A DNA stretch of 36,905 bases from positions 1 through 36,905 of the forward strand of contig JBGSPT010000309.1 of the NCBI GenBank assembly GCA_041738475.1. The letters are read 5' to 3'. Within the stretch, counting starts at the first letter, position 1. Each line of letters begins with the position of its first letter. The notes under the pieces are model-generated. The model was not told where the DNA came from, made no database searches, and saw only the letters and a program-made list of their open reading frames with translations. This document shows, piece by piece, positions 35,189 through 36,905 of this stretch. The DNA comes from Treponematales bacterium. Its GTDB lineage: Bacteria; Spirochaetota; Spirochaetia; Treponematales; UBA12059. The position numbers and the translations under genes were made by a program.

Positions 35189-35887
35189 ATGGCATCCGGC
35201 AGCAAGGCCGTTCCCGCCCACGCGGGCATCATCATGGACGGAAACGGACGTTGGGCCAAGGCCCGTGGACTGCCCAGGACCGAAGGGCACCGCGAGGGGC
35301 TCAGGGTCGCAAAGCGAATCATCCGCGCGGCGGAAGACCTTGGGATCCGCTACCTATCCCTCTATACCTTCAGCACTGAAAACTGGAAACGAGCGGAAGA
35401 GGAAGTCTCCTTCCTGATGTCGCTTATTTCCCGCCACCTTCGTGCGGAGTTCGATTTCTACCGAGATAACCATATCCGCATCATGCATTCCGGGGACGCA
35501 GAGGGCCTGCCGTCGGACGTCAGGGAATCCATCCGTTCCGTAATAGAGGACACCTCGGAGTATGACGGTATAACGGTGAACCTGGCCATCAACTACGGCG
35601 GCCGTGACGAGATCCTCCGGGGAATCCGCCGCTTCATCCGGCAGGGGGCCGCGGATGTCACGGAAGGGACGTTCAAGACGTTCCTGGACGCTCCCGACAT
35701 TCCGGACCCGGACCTCATTATCCGGACGGGGGGGGATCTTCGCCTCTCGAATTTCCTTCTCTGGGAATCGGCCTACGCGGAACTCTACTTTTCCGACAAG
35801 CTTTGGCCCGACTGGACCGAAGACGACCTGATAAAGGCCGTGGATTCTTTTTCCGTCCGGGAGCGACGATTCGGTGGAACGCCATGA
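35189..35887 (+). CDS. uppS: Undecaprenyl diphosphate synthase (isoprenyl transferase)
   Basis: IIMDGNGRWA, FSTENWKR, NYGGRDE, DLIIRTGG..RLSNFLLW. Confidence 0.97.
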   Translation: MASGSKAVPAHAGIIMDGNGRWAKARGLPRTEGHREGLRVAKRIIRAAEDLGIRYLSLYTFSTENWKRAEEEVSFLMSLISRHLRAEFDFYRDNHIRIMHSGDAEGLPSDVRESIRSVIEDTSEYDGITVNLAINYGGRDEILRGIRRFIRQGAADVTEGTFKTFLDAPDIPDPDLIIRTGGDLRLSNFLLWESAYAELYFSDKLWPDWTEDDLIKAVDSFSVRERRFGGTP

Positions 35888-36747
35888 AAAACTTCGTATC
35901 CAGGTTCCTGCTTGTCTCCGTCGCCCTGCCCGCCCTGTATGTGGCCGTGGTCTACCTGCCTCAGCAAGGACACGCGGCCATAATCGCGGTCGTGCTGATT
36001 TTCTGCGCGGGCTGCGGCGCCGAGCTGGCCGGATTTTTCGAGCGCCGAGGCGTAGGGGCCCCCCTTCCCCTTTTCGCCGTGCTGTCCGCCCTCCCCGCCC
36101 TGCTTCTATGGATCGTTCTCCGAATCCCGATGCCCGCTTCCCTGTCGTCGCTGGGCGTTTTCGTGGGCGGGTACGGATTCCTCCTCCTGGCCGTGTTTCT
36201 GCCGTTCGCGTTTCCGAGTCGGCAGGAGGAGATCGCCGAATCCCTCTTCAAATCCGTTTCGCGGGCCTTTCCCCTGCTCTACCCCGGGCTTCTGGCGGTT
36301 CCCATCGTCCTGATCGCAGACCTGCCCGGCGCCTCCACGGAGGCGCTGATCTGGTTCGCCCTTCTGGTCTTCGGCAACGACAGCGCCGCCTGGGCCGTGG
36401 GCATGCTTGCGGGCCGTCATCGGGGAGTCGTGGCCGTTTCACCGAACAAAAGCCTGGAAGGTTTCGCCGGGGCATTCGGCGGATCCCTGGCCGCCGCCTT
36501 CCTGGGGCCCGCGCTCTATCCCCGCGCACTCTCCGGCCCCCCCTGGAAACTCCTGATCCTGGGGATCCTGGTCGGTGCCGCCGTCATAGCCGGGGACCTG
36601 TTCGAATCCGCCCTGAAGCGCAGCGCGGGAATGAAGGATTCCGGCGCGGTCATCCCCGGACGGGGAGGATTCCTGGACACCTTCGACAGCATCCTGTTCG
36701 CGGCTCCCGTGTTCTATGCCGCCATCACCATCCTGGATTTGATCTAG
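35884..36747 (+). CDS. cdsA: Phosphatidate cytidylyltransferase
   Basis: Polytopic membrane protein with SPNKSLEG and GDLFESALKRSAGMKDSG..IPGRGGFLD. Start ATG 35884 overlaps the uppS stop. Confidence 0.95.
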   Translation: MKNFVSRFLLVSVALPALYVAVVYLPQQGHAAIIAVVLIFCAGCGAELAGFFERRGVGAPLPLFAVLSALPALLLWIVLRIPMPASLSSLGVFVGGYGFLLLAVFLPFAFPSRQEEIAESLFKSVSRAFPLLYPGLLAVPIVLIADLPGASTEALIWFALLVFGNDSAAWAVGMLAGRHRGVVAVSPNKSLEGFAGAFGGSLAAAFLGPALYPRALSGPPWKLLILGILVGAAVIAGDLFESALKRSAGMKDSGAVIPGRGGFLDTFDSILFAAPVFYAAITILDLI

Positions 36748-36756
36748 AGGAGCGAC

Positions 36757-36905
36757 GTGCAACCCAAGCGCATCATCATCCTGGGAGCCACCGGATCCAT
36801 CGGCCGGTCCGCCCTGGACGTGGCGGTATCCAGGCCGGACCTTTTCCGTGTGGTCGCACTGTCCGCCCACTCCAGGGAGGCGGAACTCCTGGAGGCGGGC
36901 CGGCG
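36757..36905 (+). CDS. dxr: 1-deoxy-D-xylulose 5-phosphate reductoisomerase (3' end outside window)
   Basis: GTG after GAGGAG translates as [22 protein letters not shown]...FRVVALSA. The GxTGSIG NADPH motif and the position after cdsA fit Dxr. Not in the ORF track. Confidence 0.92.
   Translation, partial: MQPKRIIILGATGSIGRSALDVAVSRPDLFRVVALSAHSREAELLEAGR

Noticed and set aside
1-36905. A novel multi-gene defence, mobile or biosynthetic system
   Set aside because: Nearly all bases are accounted for by spirochete housekeeping genes. I found no nuclease, recombinase, reverse transcriptase, toxin-antitoxin pair or repeat array.

Overview
This is a GC-rich (about 63% by eye) core-chromosome segment, almost certainly from a spirochete (Treponema/Spirochaeta-like). 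The evidence is the cmk-rpsA fusion, the mltG-dnaG-rpoD-Zn ribbon-TPR-mreBCD-mrdA-rodA cluster, and the lack of pyrH between tsf and frr. Plus strand, left: rluB (5'-truncated), cmk-rpsA, a GAF sigma54 activator, a TPR protein, a CHASE2 adenylate cyclase and a low-GC lipoprotein. A roughly 22 kb minus-strand block follows, in transcription order: GalK-like kinase, surE, TPR, TPR-NHL-vWA, tRNA-Thr, tRNA-Tyr, YkgJ, MBL hydrolase, small protein, mltG, dnaG, rpoD, Zn-ribbon protein, RNase P RNA, TPR, mreBCD, mrdA, rodA and a radical SAM fusion. Plus strand, right: lipoprotein, HEAT protein, tRNA-Arg, maf, rpsB, tsf, frr, uppS, cdsA and dxr (3'-truncated). I see no transposase, prophage, CRISPR array or defence island, and I cannot support a wholly new multi-gene system. 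The best leads are fine-scale. They include a probable CTG start codon, hidden internal promoters at two gene-fusion junctions, and a promoter plus terminator leader before the cyclase. Others are leaderless transcripts, terminators placed directly in front of genes, a GalK homologue with altered catalytic residues, an AT-rich lipoprotein gene, and paired related palindromes where pyrH usually sits. All family assignments come from motif recognition by eye; no database searches were run.
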